Below, piece by piece: positions 29,336-47,024 of a stretch of 64,000 nt of DNA (positions are counted from its first letter, which is position 1; each line of letters starts with the position of its first letter). The translations under genes and the position numbers were made by a program. The notes under the pieces are model-generated. The model did not search any database, had not been told where the DNA came from, and saw only the letters and a list, made by a program, of their open reading frames with translations. The stretch comes from Octopus vulgaris (taxonomy: Eukaryota). The DNA is taken from NCBI GenBank assembly GCA_951406725.2, contig OX597820.1, positions 76,012,001 to 76,076,000 on the forward strand, in the 5' to 3' direction.

Positions 29336-30190
29336 ACACACATACACACACACAGATTCAGCAGTGTTTGTGAGGTTGGGATGGGAGGAAACCCTACCGA
29401 ACACGCCTTATTTCTTATTCAAACAGAAACACGCATAAACTCAATGTAATGTGCCGTGAAAACATTGGATCGTCGCGAAAATAATATCGAAAGACTTTCA
29501 TACATTTGAACTGTGACAAGAGCGAAACCAGTCGGCTGGAACACTTTTCGCTGAAACCGATCCATTTGAAACAATAATTTTATCTTATTCTATCGTATTT
29601 TTTTATTTTATCTCATTTTATCTTATTCTATTTTTATTTTATTGTATTGTATTCATATTTTCTTTTAGTTTAGTTTTGTTTCAGATTCGAAGAATGAAAT
29701 TCTATTGTAATATATGATTTCTGGTTCTTTATATTATATTATTCTTTATTTGTGCATTTTTATTCACAAGCGCACTCGTGTAGGACAAAGCGGTAGACAC
29801 TCGAAGGACAAAATGCCTTACTATAATTAGTTACGGGCTTTTGTGGAGTGTTGGGTATGTGTGTGGGAGTCGGTTGGTTTTGGTTTTGTATTAACCATTC
29901 CGTGTCGTACAACACATCGATCGGTGCCACGCCTGCAATGTTTTACGGTTTCTTCCTTTATGGTGCTCCATAAGAAGAGGTTATTAGCTTCTACTTCAAA
30001 CCTCTTTTCTCTTTCTCTCTCTCCCTTTCTCTCTTTCTCCCTCTTTTTCTCTTTCTCGATATATATATGACGAAAGGGAGATTTTTGTGTGACATTCTTT
30101 TTCGACGTGCGCATCGCAACCGATTCCGACAAATATATAGTATATATCAAGAAAAAAAAAGAGTGGGAGAAGGAGGGAGAGGGAGAGAGA

Positions 30191-30245
<55 letters not shown>

Positions 30246-30343
30246 GAAATAATCGGAACTAGTACTTGATTTGTACTTTATTTACCCCGCGCCAGGGACA
30301 AAAGAAAAATATGACCACATATTTTTTTAATATGTTGAACTAT

Positions 30344-30505
30344 AGGCATGGCTGTGTGGAAAGTAGCTTGCTTAACAACCACATGGTTCCGAGCTCAGTC
30401 CCACCGCGTGGCACCTTCGGCAAGTGTCTTCTACTATAGCCCCGGGCCAACTAAAGCCTTGTGGGTGGATTTGGTAGACGGAAACTGAAAGAAGCTCGTC
30501 GTATA
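30344..30505 (+). mobile_element. SINE A 5' half
   Basis: Matches the reference head. Confidence 0.8.
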
Positions 30506-30563
30506 TATAAAAGAATTCAATAAATGGGACCAATAATTTCAAGGTATCATGTCTGTGTCTTCC

Positions 30564-30654
<91 letters not shown>

Positions 30655-32569
30655 TTATTTGGTTCCTGATCACCTTAGAAGGTTTTAATTTTGCCGTCTT
30701 CAGAGCAGAGGTTAAAATGTGTACCAGTAAGATTCTAAGGTCGAGAAAATCGACTGTTGCCCTCCTCGTAAAGTGCATATTCCCACCTATCTTAGAACAT
30801 AAGCATTTCGAAGCCTGCTTTCGTCGGTTTCACCTTTCTTGTTTTTGTGGTCGGAATAATAAACTGTTTACCATCAACCACAAAAAGAAAGGGGAAAAAA
30901 CAAAACAAAACAAAACAAAAAAACATATCGTGACCTTTCCCTGTGCAAGAAATCAATATATAGTCCCGCCCCTTTATGTTTTTATCTCTCTCAAATCTCA
31001 CTTAGGGGATTCGTTTGTGCCTTTCATCTCTGCGGTATCGATAGAATTATGACCAGCCAAGTAATGGAGTCGATTAGGACGAACCGCAACCCTTCCTCCG
31101 AAATTTGTATTAGCTTTGTGTCAGTGCTGGAAGGAGGCGAATATGGTGGAGTGAGTGTGGGGTGCAGTGGTGGAGGTATTGGAGAGTCATCGGATCAACA
31201 CACTGAATAACTTCTTTTACATTCTCCATTGAAATCCAGCGGGAGCGGATTTTTTTTCTTTTTCCTTTTTTTTTCATCTTTGCGAGGATCAATAGCACAA
31301 CTAAAGGCTCCATCAGTTCCCCGGTGTTTATAAAGATGACGAATCTAAAAGAAAAAAAAAACCCTAAACTCTATAACAAAGTTAACTACGCAAAAGGAGA
31401 CTCAGATATAATTTACCATAAGGTTTCTAAAAAAAAAAACTTGGTGAGCGGGAGAAAATTTAGGGTTATGGGCTGGGTACATAGCTCATGTGCTTAAAAC
31501 ATATCTAGGGATATTCTTTTCTACTCTAGGCACAACGCCCGAAATTTTGTGGTGAGGAGGTCAGTCGATTAGATCGACTCCAGTACGCAACTGGTACTTA
31601 ATTTATCGACTCCGAAAGGATGACAGGCAAAGTCGACTTCGGCAGAATTTGATCTCAGAACGTAAAGACGAAATGCCGCTAACGTTTCTGCCAGCTCGCC
31701 ACCATATATGCAGGAATATTACATCTAGAAATGATTTGTTGTTCATTATACAGGGATAGTTAACTTGCTTTGCTGGACTGCGGCCATACTGGGGCACCAC
31801 CCAGTCGAAGAAATCGCCTTCAGTACTTATTTTTAAAATGTCTCCTACTTATTTTATGGGTCTCTTGAAGCGCTAGGTAATAAGGAACTTAAAAACAACA
31901 ACCGACACAAGTTGTTACCAAACATAGAGTTGTATTCACAGATACAGATATACGACGGGGTTCCACACAGTTTCTGCCTCCCAAATTTATTCGTTAGGGA
32001 TTGGTTGATGCGGGACTGTAGTAAGGTTCTTGCCAAGGTGCTGCGCAGAGGTGTTGAACACGAAACCATGTTGCAAGGCGACGTTCTCAACTACACAGCC
32101 ATGCCTTCGCCATGTTAGGTAAAAGCTATAAAAAGAATATCATGTCCTCAAAAAAAATGAAGAACACCCAAGAAACCAAGATAAATCTGCGAAAGAATAT
32201 TGCCTCCGGTTGATGTTCGTTATCTTTATAAGCTTCAGTTCTTCTCACAAAATCTTGGCCCAACACCAAAGTGAGGAACCCTTATTTTTCTCGTTTATCT
32301 ATAGTGAGAAGATATTTTTGGCCATAGATTCCCAAGCATAAGTGATGGATGGTCATGTATGGAACGCATTAATACATCGCTTTGATTAATCAGATGTGAA
32401 ATGAGAGTAAAGAGCAACAACAAAAATCTTTATTAATTTCTTTCACGATAATCTTAGCCACGTTTGTAACGTAACACCAAACAAGGGTAGAACTTGAAAC
32501 CGGTTCGACGTAACCGAGTGACCACTTTGATACATATTGTCTTTAGCCATCCTGTGGTATTCGTTTTAG

Positions 32570-33470
32570 ACTAAGGTCAGCAATTTCGAGAGGAGGTGTG
32601 GGGTAGCTCGATTACATCGATCCTGCGGCTCAACTGGTGTTTATTATATTGATCTCGAAAAGATGGAAGCCAATGTCGACGTCAGCAGCATCGGAAGTCA
32701 GAACGTAAAGAGCCAGAAAAAATACCACCAAGCATTTTACCCGGCGCGGTAGCGATGCTGCGCTTTCGAAGCCTTTTGTTATGGCTCCAAATTCTGGCAC
32801 ACAGCTACAAATTTTGGTAGACAGGCAAGTCGATCACATCGATCCCATTGCTTCACAAATACATATTTTATTCTTTTCTACTTTAGGTACGAGGCCTGAA
32901 ATTTTGGGGAGGGGGCCAGTCGATTAGATTGACCCCAGTATGCAATTGGTGCTTAGTTTATCGACGCCGAAAGGATAAAAGGGAAAGTCGACCTTGGCGG
33001 AATTTGAATTCAGAACGTAAAGACAGACAAAATACCTATTTCTTTACCACCCACAAGGGGCTAAACATAGAGAGGACAAACAAGGACAGACAAACGGATT
33101 AAGTCGATTATATCAACCCCAGTGCGTAACTGGTACTTATTTAATCGACCCCGAAAGGATGAAAGGCAAAGTCGACCTCGGCGGAATTTGAACTCAGAAC
33201 GTAGCGGCAGACGAAATACCTATTTCTCTACAAGGGGCTAAACACAGAGAGGACAAACAAGGACAGACAAACGGATTAAGTCGAGTATATCGACCCAGTA
33301 CGTAATATTAGAAATATTCCTTTCTACTCTAGGCGCAAGGCCCGAAATTTTGGGGGAGGGGGTCAACCGATGAGATCGACCTCAGTACGCTACTGATACT
33401 TAATTTACCAACTCTGACAAGCTGAAAAGCAAAGTCGACCCTGGCGGAATTTGAACTCAAAACGTACAGT
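32570..33470 (-). mobile_element. SINE B cluster / tandem units
   Basis: Repeated body units of family B. Confidence 0.8.
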
Positions 33471-34077
33471 GTCGGAAAAATGCTGTTATCGCAGCACAAA
33501 ATCCTTCTCTTTCCTTTCGCCGCTGTATCACGTACATGTTTATCTATCTGTGTATAAGCGATATTTTCTTTTATGAAGATGTCAATATTTCTTTATTTTC
33601 CAGACAAATAAATTATTTATACGTATATATACAAATAAGGGCGCATGGCCAAATATTTGAAGCGCTACATTAGCAATCGCGAGATCGCGGTTTCAATTCC
33701 TGGCTCGGTTGGTGCGATGTGTTCTTTAGCAAAGACTCTTCATCTCACGTTGCCCTGCAATCACTTCGGCACCTGACGCGTGGTACACCGTGCACCTGTT
33801 CAGGTAACGTCGATTTGACGGAGGGATTTAGCCAATGCACAGCACAAACATTCAGTCACTATAAACCTATTTGTATGAGTTGTCCAGCGATAAATTGCAG
33901 AACCATACTCAACTGGTACTTAATTTATCGACTCCGAAAGGGTGAAAAGCAAAGTCGACCTCGGCGGAATTTGAACTCAGAACGTAGCAACGGACGAAAT
34001 ACTGCTAAGCATTTCGTCCAGCGTGCTAACGATTCTGCCAGCTCACCGCCTTTCGCCGTCTTAATAATAATAATAAA

Positions 34078-34441
34078 AAGAGCACTCAGAGAGCGCAAAC
34101 CTCCGCCAAGGCAACACCAACGTTCTCTCAACAGTTAGCCGGAGAGGATTTTTTAAATGAGAATATCTAAAATACATTCGATTGCTCTCACAAACGAGAA
34201 TACTAAAAGTGAAACCCGACCGCTCTCAAAAATAAAGTAAAAAAAAAAAACGGAAAAATAATCCAGAATTCAAGTCTTGTACCAGATCGATTCCCAAACC
34301 TAATCAGTTTGTGCCAGTCACGAGGCCAAACATCCCTGAAAGTTTCATTCGAATTCATCTAGCGGTTCTTGAGATATCTTGTCCACGGACAAAAAATTAC
34401 GACTGAAAACAATACCTCCGCCTTCGCTAAGGTGGAGGTAA
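34078..34441. mobile_element. Helentron-associated non-autonomous element (HINE/DINE-like)
   Basis: Subterminal acctccgccaagg (34099-34111) is inverted relative to the far end. Terminal hairpin tacctccgcctt-cgct-aaggtggaggta (34413-34440). No TSD, AT-rich flanks. Confidence 0.6.
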
Positions 34442-34869
34442 TAATATCTAATTATAAAAATACAATGGGATTTTTTAAAACACTCGAATGGTTAAAAGGG
34501 TCCAGTAAATCAAAGTAGGAATTGAAATGATGCAAAAACGGAATTAAAATACCTACAAGCAAAGAATTGTTGAGAACCACTGCATTAGAACGTCAGAACC
34601 CATGTAGATCCCCCCACCCCACCAACTATATGTCTTGCGATCGCCTCGACACTCACCAATTCTCTATTCATTTGTGTTCTGACGGCAGAATTCAAGATTC
34701 GGTATCTGCACCAGTACCGTTCGTCTTAATCATATTCCTGAGACGCACGTTCAGCTCTTGGAAAGGCAAGTGAAGCAACAGTTATATTCTATCACACATC
34801 GAACAGAGCTTTCAATAACTCCTTCTTAGAAAGAATTAACCAGTCGTTTTAATTTTTGATTTTCTAGTT

Positions 34870-35272
34870 ATTTCTCTCATTAGACTGAGGCCATGCTGGG
34901 GCACCGCCTTGAAAGGTTTAGTCGAAAGAATGGACCCCAGTGTTTTTTTTGTTTTTCTAAAGTTCGGTACTTATTCTATCGGTCACTTGCCGAACTGCTA
35001 TCTTATGTGGACGTAAACACACCGACACCGCTTGTCAAACTGTGAGAGGAGATGGCGGTCAAACACAGACACACATATATATGTGTGTATGTATGTATAT
35101 GTGTGTGTGTGTGTATGCGACGGTCTTGTTCCAGTTTTCGTTCATGAAACCCACTCACAAGGATTTGGTCGGCCCGAGGCTATAACTTGCCCAAGGTGCC
35201 ACGCAATGTGACTGAACCCGAAACCATATAGTTGGGAAGCAAACTTTTTACCACACTGCCATGCTTACGCCT
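34870..35272 (-). mobile_element. SINE A copy
   Basis: Reverse complement of the reference. Confidence 0.75.
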
Positions 35273-36727
35273 ATATTTCAAAATGATTTGGATGATGTTT
35301 ATTTACGTTTTAGAGGTTATTGTTGCAACCATTCTGGCGAGCACCACTTCCTACTATCTTTGAAACGGCCTTTTTTGTAACCCATGAAAATATTGCATAT
35401 GGCTGTTTTCCAATAGCCTATAATTGAAATTGTATAAAGATATATATTTTTTCTGCCCTAAGTAATATATTATCAAATACTCTGAGAGCTTTCTGTTAGC
35501 AAAACTGAAATTTATTTTTCTTGGGAAATCGAATTAAAAATTATTTTACACAGAGTTCTGATGTAGATGTCTGTTCGGTTCAACGTGCAATATTGATTAT
35601 AATTGGTTAGAAATTTTGGAATGAGGCCAGCTATTTCGAGGGAGGAACTAAGCCAATTACTCTCGACTTCAACTGGTACTTATTTTATCGACCCCGAAAG
35701 GATGAAAGGCGAAGAAAATCGCGATAGTATTTGAACTCAAAACGCAATGACGGACAAAATGCCACTAAGCGTTTTCTCCAGCGTGCCAACGAGCCTGCCA
35801 CCACACCGCTTTAGCATGCAATGAAATAATGTCTTCAAATTTTGCTACAAGGGCAACAATTTTGAGGGGAGGGAATGAATCGATTACATCGACCCCCAGT
35901 GTTCAACTGGTACTTATTTTATCAGCCCCGAAAAGATGAAAGGCAAAGTCGACTTCGGCGGAATTTGAACTTAGAACGTAAAGACGAGAAAATACCGATA
36001 GGCATTTCACCCGGCGTGCTACCTCGTCGCTTTAGTATGCAATGAATTAATACAATACATACTTGACAAAGGATGCTATGCAGCATCTAACACCAACTCA
36101 TTCTGCACAGCCACCGATCAAGAATATAACATAACCGGAACTACACATATTTTTCACAAACACCACACAACACTACAACGTGTACCACACCTCACACAGC
36201 ATGTACAAACCAGAAACGCCACACAACAAAATAACAGTTCACGTTACACATGTTCTTTACGACAAATAAACCAAACACTAAAACACCTTTCAACCTTCAA
36301 ACTGCCACATTTTGGACAACCCCTATGGGTTATATCAATGGTTGGTATCTATATGGCCCTTATAGGTCCATGGAAGATTTTGTGGTTAAAATTTATCTGC
36401 AAGATAATTAGAGAATGCATAAATTTTTTTAATACTTTTTAGATAAATTCCTAATAATATTTAATTCTGAAAATATTTTATAACTTTAAACCCCAAATGG
36501 CTATGGGTGTCCAATCTAGTTAAATTAGAATCAAAGGGGTTCAAAAGTGTAAGAAGTACTGGGTGATAAGGACAAGAAAACAAAATAACACAAGTTAAAA
36601 TATCAGAAATGCTTCGAGCACTTGAATGGTTATTGAAAGCTTGTGGAAAGCTAAGGTTACAGATAGTAACCCGCTACCCACATAAATTCTACCGGGAGAA
36701 TAACCAAATCAGAGTCTAGTCGAATAA

Positions 36728-37145
36728 TTTCTTTTATTTGCCACAGAGGCAACAAATGAGGGGGTACAGAGGCAATGTATAATTTGTGTTGGGTTTTACA
36801 TAGAATATAGAAGAAAGGTAAAAGAAGGTGAAATGAGATAAAAGCGTACATCGTATGCGAAACATGTGAATGTAATTATGATGGAATCCCGTTATAGGAG
36901 AAATGTCAATTCAGGCCAATCAAGATCTAGAGTCACTCTGACCACTAAAAGAACAAGCCCTCACTCTACTTCGTTCTCCAATCTACATGCACATGGCTAG
37001 AGTAGATCCATTCATCTGAACCATTTTTTCCACAATCACTCACCTTTTCACAAATTCACTGGGAGACAGCACTTCATTCTCCACCTTCACATTCTTTTCC
37101 AAGTAGAACCAAAAAATCTGGATGAGGGCTTGACAGAAGAGGAAG
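36728..37145 (-). mobile_element. 3' fragment of an L1/Tx1-like LINE
   Basis: Minus strand reads CQALIQIFWFYLEKNVKVENEVLSPSEFVKR*VIVEKMVQMNGSTL, resembling a Tx1-type ORF2 C-terminus. The 3' UTR ends gcctctgtggcaaataaaagaaat. Confidence 0.5.
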
Positions 37146-37457
37146 GTGTCTAATATAATTTTTATATGGGTTAATTCTCACTGCTCCGTTAGGAACATAG
37201 GACTGGTTTACCGGTTTCTCTAGCCTATGTATTCCTCCCTGGACGGGACGCCGGTTTACTCTTTTCTACCAGCTGAGTAGACCGGAGCAACGCAAATCTT
37301 AACAACACAACACATCACCCGGTCCAGGATCGAAACCACAATCTTACGATCATGAGTTCATAATCCCTAACCACTAAGTCATGCGCCTCAACGCTTAAAA
37401 ATAAATATATGTACATATATATGTATGTATATACATATACATGTATATATTTATATA

Positions 37458-37516
<59 letters not shown>

Positions 37517-37551
37517 TTTTTATGCATGTATGTTTGTGTATATATATATAT

Positions 37552-37809
37552 ATATTCTGTTGTGCCTGGGGAGAGTCATTCTCTTTTGGTGCCCTTATAA
37601 TTTAACACACTCACTGGTAAAATTTTCACTCATTTACTTATTCATTTTCGATGCGTCTTGCAACTTTTTCAACAACTATCGCAAAGGTTGCAAGACAACG
37701 AAAATTTTCGAAAAATGAATAAGTAAATGAGTAGAAATTTTACCGGTGTGTGTATGTTAAATCATAAGGCAATAAAAGCGAATGACCCTCCCCAGGCACA
37801 ACAGAATAT
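37552..37809. mobile_element. Fold-back copy of the same short PLE-like family
   Basis: Diverged inverted arms at ~37552-37670 and ~37684-37809, between TA-rich tracts. Confidence 0.6.
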
Positions 37810-37861
37810 GCTTCAACACATGAACTCACATAAAGAAGCTTGCAAACCAAATAGCAAAACG

Positions 37862-37894
<33 letters not shown>

Positions 37895-37916
37895 TATATA
37901 TGTACATATATATATA

Positions 37917-37991
<75 letters not shown>

Positions 37992-38160
37992 TCAGGATTA
38001 TTTTCCTTATCATGTTTTAAAAGTTTTATCAGATTTTCATTGTATCATGGTAACAATAATATCAGCAATGATAATAATGAAAATAATTGTGATTAAATCG
38101 ATCATTATGGTGACGAATACACGTGTACAAACAACAAAATATAAATGGGAGAAAAAATGA

Positions 38161-40781
<2,621 letters not shown>

Positions 40782-41360
40782 TTATCGGTTCAAGATTATC
40801 ATCAATATATATATCCCCCAAAATGTATTGGTAGCAAATAAGTTATTTCTAGAGCTTAAAAAAATCACTGGGGTTGTGTTTGTGTGTGTGTATGGGTGTG
40901 TGTTTTGTTTTTTTTCAATAACTTTATTGTCAAAATCAAACATGTATATATATTACAATAAAGAAAAAGTCATACCCTAAATGTTGGAACTGTGTTACTT
41001 TAATGTGTGTGTGAGTGTCTCTGTGTGTGTGTGTGTGTGTCTGTGTCTGTGTGTGTGTCGGAATGGGATTTTACGAGTCTAACAACTTCGCTTCGCGATT
41101 AAACCTACAAACGTCAAACAGAAATAACATATATCTGTGTATTTTCTTAAATACTAATTTAAATTTATTGTTATCCTTATAATGTTATTGGTTGACGGTT
41201 TTTTCCGTTTTATATAATAATACTAATAATATGGCAATACCTTAAAAAAAAAAATTTAATATATAAATTCTGTATTGAACAGCGACAAACGTCTATACAC
41301 AAGGATTAACAATATCGATTAAATAATAATTATACACTTGTAAGTTCCGTAACGTTATAA

Positions 41361-41435
<75 letters not shown>

Positions 41436-41498
41436 AATCTATATAACGTATCAATCAGGAGACATACCTGAATTATATTTGTGGGTGTGTGTGTGTAC

Positions 41499-41529
<31 letters not shown>

Positions 41530-41819
41530 TGTGTGTGTGTGTGTGTACGTGTGTTTGAAGAAAAATTATTATAAAATTAAATCATAATGAATCAATAAGA
41601 TCAACAAATCTTTATTTTTTTCTTTCGTTGTTGTTCTTGTTTATTATATTGTTGATTTTTTTCTCTCTCGATTTTGTAAATAATCCCGTTAATATGATAG
41701 ATGTACATCCGTGTGTGTTTGTGCGTGAGTGCATGCGTGCGTATGTGTGTGTGTGTGTGTGCGTATTTGTTAGTGATTGTGCATGTGTATGTCTGTGTGT
41801 ATGTTAGTGTGTGTGTGTG

Positions 41820-41872
<53 letters not shown>

Positions 41873-42740
41873 GTGTGTGTGTATAAGTAAATCCTGTACG
41901 GAAAATACTCACGTGTAAATCTTGAATTAAAACCACGAATTGCAAATGGTAACAAAATATAAATAGACAATAAATAGATAATTAAATGAAAATAATAATA
42001 ATAATAAATCCTTATAGGGGTTGGATTATCCTCTTCTTTGGAATGGATTATGATCACAATTATTGTTGTTTGTTTTAGTAGTATATTTGTACTGTTGCAG
42101 TTGTTAGGTCGACTTACGATGAATACAAGTTTTGTTTGTTGTTTAACAAACTGCTACGTCCGTTATGAATCGTCTTGGTATCCTTCTGTGTGCGTATGTA
42201 TGTATATATACATATATATACATGTGTGTGCGTGTGTTTTTGTGTGTGTGTGTGACAAGTGTTTGTGTAAGCGTGTGTCTTCTCTTAAGCTGTGAGTGAA
42301 AAATCAATTTCAAGTTCCGATCAAGTTATATATTTAATTAATATTTTTTCCAGATTAAGTTTTTAAAATTTTTTTCTCCGTAAAAAAATATCCGGGATTT
42401 CCATGAATAAGTTGAAATTAATAAACAAGTGAACGTATGATCCAATCAGAGAACTGTTATTAAATGATCAAATCAAAGCCGTAGATATTTGATATTTAAG
42501 ATAAGAAATACAAAACATTCGCCGAAACGATCGTGGAAAGGTTGTATTATATATATTATATATAATTATTGTTGTTGCACGAACTCCAGGTTTGTAAACA
42601 TTTGAAAAATTTTCTTGTCAATAGTGGAAACATTTGCTACTACTGAGGTGAGAGTGAGAGAAAAGCGTGTAGAATGTATGTTTGTAAGTGTGGGTTTATA
42701 AATGTTGATGTGTTTTTCATGGAAACGGGTGAGGAAGAGG

Positions 42741-42773
<33 letters not shown>

Positions 42774-45054
42774 TGTGTGTGTGTCGTGATGATGGTGTAG
42801 GGTCGAGAAAGCGTCTAATGGTTTTGCTTATGTAAAAACATGTGAGTGACAGGTTAGACGTATACATACATATATGTATATATATGATGTGGGTGTTTGT
42901 CACTTATCTTTCTATTAAGTCAACGATGTTTATTCGTGTTTGTTTGTGTGTGTCTGTACGTGTGTATGTGTGTGTTCCTTGGCGTTTCAAGATACAAAAA
43001 AAATATTATCAATTATTGCAATTAATAATAAAAGGAACAAAATATATAAGTAGATAGATAATAATAAAAAATAATAAAACTACAAACTTCTTCCTGTATG
43101 AAAATAACTCTAGCTGTATGGTAAATATATATCGTATTATATAGAATTCTATTTTCTTTTCTGTTTGTTTTCCGTTCAATTAATATCAAGAAGAAAAATA
43201 ATGATAGATAAATAATTATATATGTTCTTAAGGACGGTTTTAAAGGTATCTTTGTGTATATATATATGTGTATATATGTTTAATCCCAGATTTTACCTTT
43301 CTTTCTCGAAAACACGCGTGTTATGTGCTGCAGTGTTATGTTTGGCTTTTGTTGTTGTTCTTTTTTTTCTTCTTCTTGTGATTGTTATGTGTATGTTTGT
43401 TTGTTTGTTTGTGGGTTTTGTATTATATCACAGTTTCTTTACACGTTTGGTATAGAATATAGCGAAGCGTCTGTTTGGTATTTTAAGTTCCCAGTTAAAC
43501 AGAAAAATCTTTAAAAAGAATCAGCAGCGACGACTACGACGACGGCGGCGACTGCAATATCAACAACAGTATCATTGATATCAACATCATGACGAACAGA
43601 ATTCACTAACATATCCGTAACACCAACACGAACATTACTATTATTATTATTATTATTATTATTGTTATTGTTATTATTATTATTATTATTGTTAAAACGG
43701 CCAAACATATCACCAGAGCGGTACCGCGAGAATATAGAAGATTCCTTGTCTAACATTTTTGCACACAAATATAATGAAATGAAATGGCAAGATGTGCAGC
43801 AAGAAGTTGTGTGTAGTGTGCCCACAGTCAGGTTATGTTAAATCGCTTCAGCACAACGTGTGGCGATGATGGAGGGCGATGATGGCGGCGAAGGTGATGG
43901 TGTGTTCGTTTCGTTGGTTGGTTGGTTGGTTGGTTGGTTGGCCGATCGGCTGGCTGGCAGGCTGGCAGGCTGGCTCTGTTTCGTTATTTAAGCTGGTTGT
44001 ATGTATGTATAGGTGGATGGATAGATAGACAGATGGGTGAATGGATGGATGGATGAATGGGGTGGGTGGGTGGATAGATGGAAGAAGAAAAAAAAAGAAA
44101 AAAAAATTGTGAAGAAGCGGAGAAGTAAGACAGACCTTGCAAAATTAAGAGGCAATGCGCCTCTCTCGTTTTCAGTATGTAAAATACGAGTGTTTGTACG
44201 ATGGGCTTTGCACTGCGTAAGAGAAGAGAAGAGAAGATAAGGGAGTAGGAGATATTTGAGTTAAAGAAAGAAAAGAAAAGAAAAGAGAAAGAGAGAAAGA
44301 CAGAGGTAGTGATTGGGTAAAAGTTAGTTTTGTTGTTGTTATTATTGTTGTATGTAAGACGATGTGGGTGGAGAGACGGAGAGTAGTTAGGTTAGCTTAT
44401 AAAGAGACCCCGAGATGTGAGCTTTGTAGAAAAGAAGAGAAAAGCGTGTGACGAGAGAATAGATGAATAAACGAATAAAAGAATGAATCAACGAACGAAT
44501 GAACGCGCAAACTGATGGCTGGACGACATGGTGTGAGTGATTGTGTGTGTGTGTGTGTGTGTGTGGAGTTATGAATGGATGAATGGATGGATGGATGGAT
44601 GAATGGATGGAAGGAAGGAAGTACGGTTTGGCGAACGAATGAAATTTTGTGTCACAGTAGAAGCATGGGGACGTAGGGGAAAGGGGGGAGAATGTGGCAG
44701 GAAGAATGAGAGTAAGAAGGGAAGACATATAGTTAGAGGAAATGGTGGTGGTGGTGGTGGTGGTGGTGGCGAAGGGACGGTAGCGGCCCCAACCGTCCCC
44801 ACTCGTAATGTGCGCGCACACACGCACACCGAATTGAGGAACGATAAAGTTGAATTAAAGGGAGACGGAAAAACGTAAATAAATAGCGAGGAGAACTTCA
44901 CTCACGCACGCGCGTGCGCGGGCGCACACACGCGCACACACGCGCACACGCGTATGTATATGCGAGTATATATATGTACACATAGGAGTGTCCATGATTA
45001 TATATGGGTTTGTATGTAATGTATATGTGCGGATACGTACATACATGCATATAC

Positions 45055-46158
45055 ACGCGCGTGTATGGTAAGACGTTTGCTTCTCAACCACATGGTTCCG
45101 GGTTCAGTCCCACTGCGTGGCACCTTGGGCGAGTGTCTTCAATTATAACCTCTAGCTGACCAAAGCCTTGTGAGTAGATTTCATAGACGGAAACTGAAAG
45201 AAGCCTGCCATGTATGTGCGCGGGAATATGCGTATGTGTGCGTGTGTGCGTTTGCGTGCATGTGTGTGTGTGTGTGTCTTTATGTTGGTGTATGTCCCTC
45301 ACCACCGGTTGACAACTGGTGATGGCTTGTTTGCGTCCCTGTAATGTAACGGTTCGGCAAATATAACCGATAGAATAAGTACTCTTTACTCTTTTACTCT
45401 TTTACTTGTTTCAGTTCTTTGACTGCGGCCATGCTTGAGCACCGCCTTTAGTCGAGCAAATCGACCCCAGGACTTATTCTTTATAAGCCCAGTACTTATT
45501 CTATCGGCCTCTTTTGCCGAACCGCTAGAGGACAGCATCGGTTGTCAAGCAATGCTAGGGGGACAAACACAGACACACAAACATGCACATGCACATATAT
45601 ATATATACATATATACAACGGGCTTCTTTCAGTTTCCGTCTACCAAATCCACTCACAAGGCTATGGTCGGCCCGCGGCTATAGTAGAAGACACTTGCCCA
45701 AGATGCCACGCAGTGGGACTGAACCCGGAACCATGTGGTTGGTAAGCAAGCTACTTACCACACAGCCACTCCTGCGCTTTATATAAATAGTACCGAGCTT
45801 TATAGAAATAGTTGCTGGAATCGTTCGATCAGAATTCTTCAAGGCGGTGCTCCAGCATGGCAACAGTTTCATGAATAAAACAAGTAAATAATGTATTATG
45901 TATGTGTATGTCTTTGTGTTAGTGTTTGTCCCTCCCACCCCACGACCGGTTGACAACCGGTGATGGTTTGTTTACATCCCTGTAAAGTAACTGTTCTGCA
46001 AAATGTGATCGACATAATGAAACACCGAGCTTTATAAAATTAATTACTGGGATCGATTTGTTCGACTAAAAATGTTTCAAGATGGTGCTCCAGAATGGTC
46101 GCAATCTAACGACAGGAAAAAGTAAAATATATATGCGTGTACGTGGGTGCGTGTTTGT

Positions 46159-46199
<41 letters not shown>

Positions 46200-46580
46200 T
46201 ATCTTAGGTTCAGGCATGGCTGTGAAGTTAAAAAAGCTTGCTTTGTAACCACATAGTTAAAGGTTCGATCCCATTGCGTGGCATCTTGGGCAAGTGTTTT
46301 CGACTATAGCCCTGGGCCGAATAATGCTATGCGAGTGAATATGCTGGGTGGAAACAGTGTAGAAGCCTGTTATATATGTTTGTGCATGTGTGTGTTCTGC
46401 CTCCACAACTTGATAACCGGTGATGGTTAGTTTGCGCCCCTGCAAGTTAGCGGTTCAGCAAAAGCCACCGATTGAATAAGCAAGGAACTTCAAAAACCTT
46501 AAGTACGACTAATCCTCTCAAGGCAGTGCCCCAGCATGGTCACACTCTAGTGACTGAAAATTGGATAAATCCACATACAC

Positions 46581-46633
<53 letters not shown>

Positions 46634-46935
46634 CTCTTTTCTCTTTTCCTTGCTTCAGTCATGCTGGAGAAAATCGACCTCAGGACTTATTCGTTGTAAG
46701 CCTAGTACTTATTCTATCGATCTCTTTTTTGCCGAACCACTAAGTTATGGGGACGTAAACACACATGCATTGGTTGTCCAGCGATGCTGTTGGGACAAAC
46801 ACAGACACACAAACATATCCACACACATACATATACATACATATATACGAAAGGCTTCTTTCAGTTTCCGTCTACCAAATCCACTCACAAGGCTATGGTC
46901 GGCCCGAGACTATAGTAGAAGACATCTGGGCAAGT
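45055..46935. mobile_element. Cluster of SINE A copies in both orientations
   Basis: Plus copies at ~45055-45385, ~45900-46125 and ~46212-46560. Minus copies at ~45384-45778 and ~46630-46935. Confidence 0.8.
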
Positions 46936-46966
46936 ATCTTAAGTAATTATATATATACACATATAT

Positions 46967-47020
<54 letters not shown>

Positions 47021-47024
<4 letters not shown>

